Assembly: GCF_006345805.1 (NCBI RefSeq)
Contig: NC_042997.1
Span: 132,494,001 to 132,558,000, forward strand
Source of the DNA: Octopus sinensis
Taxonomy: Eukaryota
Length of the DNA: 64,000 nucleotides
Reading direction: 5' to 3'
The notes under the pieces are model-generated. The model did no database searches, was not told the origin of the DNA, and saw nothing but the letters and a program-made list of their open reading frames with translations. The position numbers and the translations under genes were made by a program. Shown here piece by piece: positions 63,461 to 64,000 of this stretch (positions are counted from its first letter, which is position 1; the number at the start of each line of letters is the position of its first letter).

Positions 63461-64000
63461 TTTTATATTTTATATTTTAAGTTATTGGACTGCATCCATC
63501 CTGGGGCTCTCCATTGATAGGTTAAGTCGATCAAATAAACCTCGGTACTTTGTCATCTTTGTCTGGTAATGTTCTATGGTGCTATTTTGCCGAACAGCTA
63601 AGTTAAATGAACGTGGACAAAAACAGGTTGTTAATGGCGAAGTACAAACATTAACGAAATGATAAACGGTTGCGCACGCGCCTCAGACACATAATTTCTG
63701 ATTTCTCGTTATTTTCTCCCTACCTGTTTGAAATCATTACATTGTAAGTATTGTATCATCCTTTCGAACTGCTGCATCATCTTTGGGAGAAAAAATTGTA
63801 TAGTTATTGTTGTTGAAGCTGAGACAGTTTGAAACATAACCAGATGACAAGTACTTTGCTCTTTAAGAAATGTTTCCTCAATTTTGACTTGACTCTAACT
63901 GAGTTTGCTAATAAAATATCTGGATACTTTTTTGTATTTGACAATCAATATTCTTTTCTTTGTTCGGTTCCAAGTCATTTTTTTCACCCACGCTAATATC

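Overview
AT-rich, microsatellite-dense eukaryotic DNA. The SINE and LINE repertoire looks like an Octopus (cephalopod) genome; this is inferred from repeat families only. No host protein-coding exon could be supported, so the window is probably intergenic or intronic. Main contents: (1) a 9.3-kb array of ~553-bp units (23071-32376), ~13.5 units forward then ~3.3 units inverted. Each unit carries a minimal type I hammerhead-ribozyme motif with a palindromic stem III. The inversion junction lies 3 nt from the predicted cleavage site and both outer ends abut (TA)n, suggesting a Penelope/retrozyme-type product. (2) Further hammerhead-bearing small repeats and Penelope GIY-YIG relics. (3) A young, 5'-truncated CR1/Jockey-group LINE with an uninterrupted APE-endonuclease + RT ORF (58854-61958, minus) and a CCCH-finger ORF1. 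Its 3' tail is shared with the dominant tRNA-derived SINE and has a co-varying hairpin. (4) Decayed RTE, R4/Dong-like, Tx1-like, mariner and pogo/Tigger elements, fold-back MITEs and many SINEs. Most short ORFs in the track are microsatellite or antisense artefacts. Boundaries of degenerate elements are approximate.
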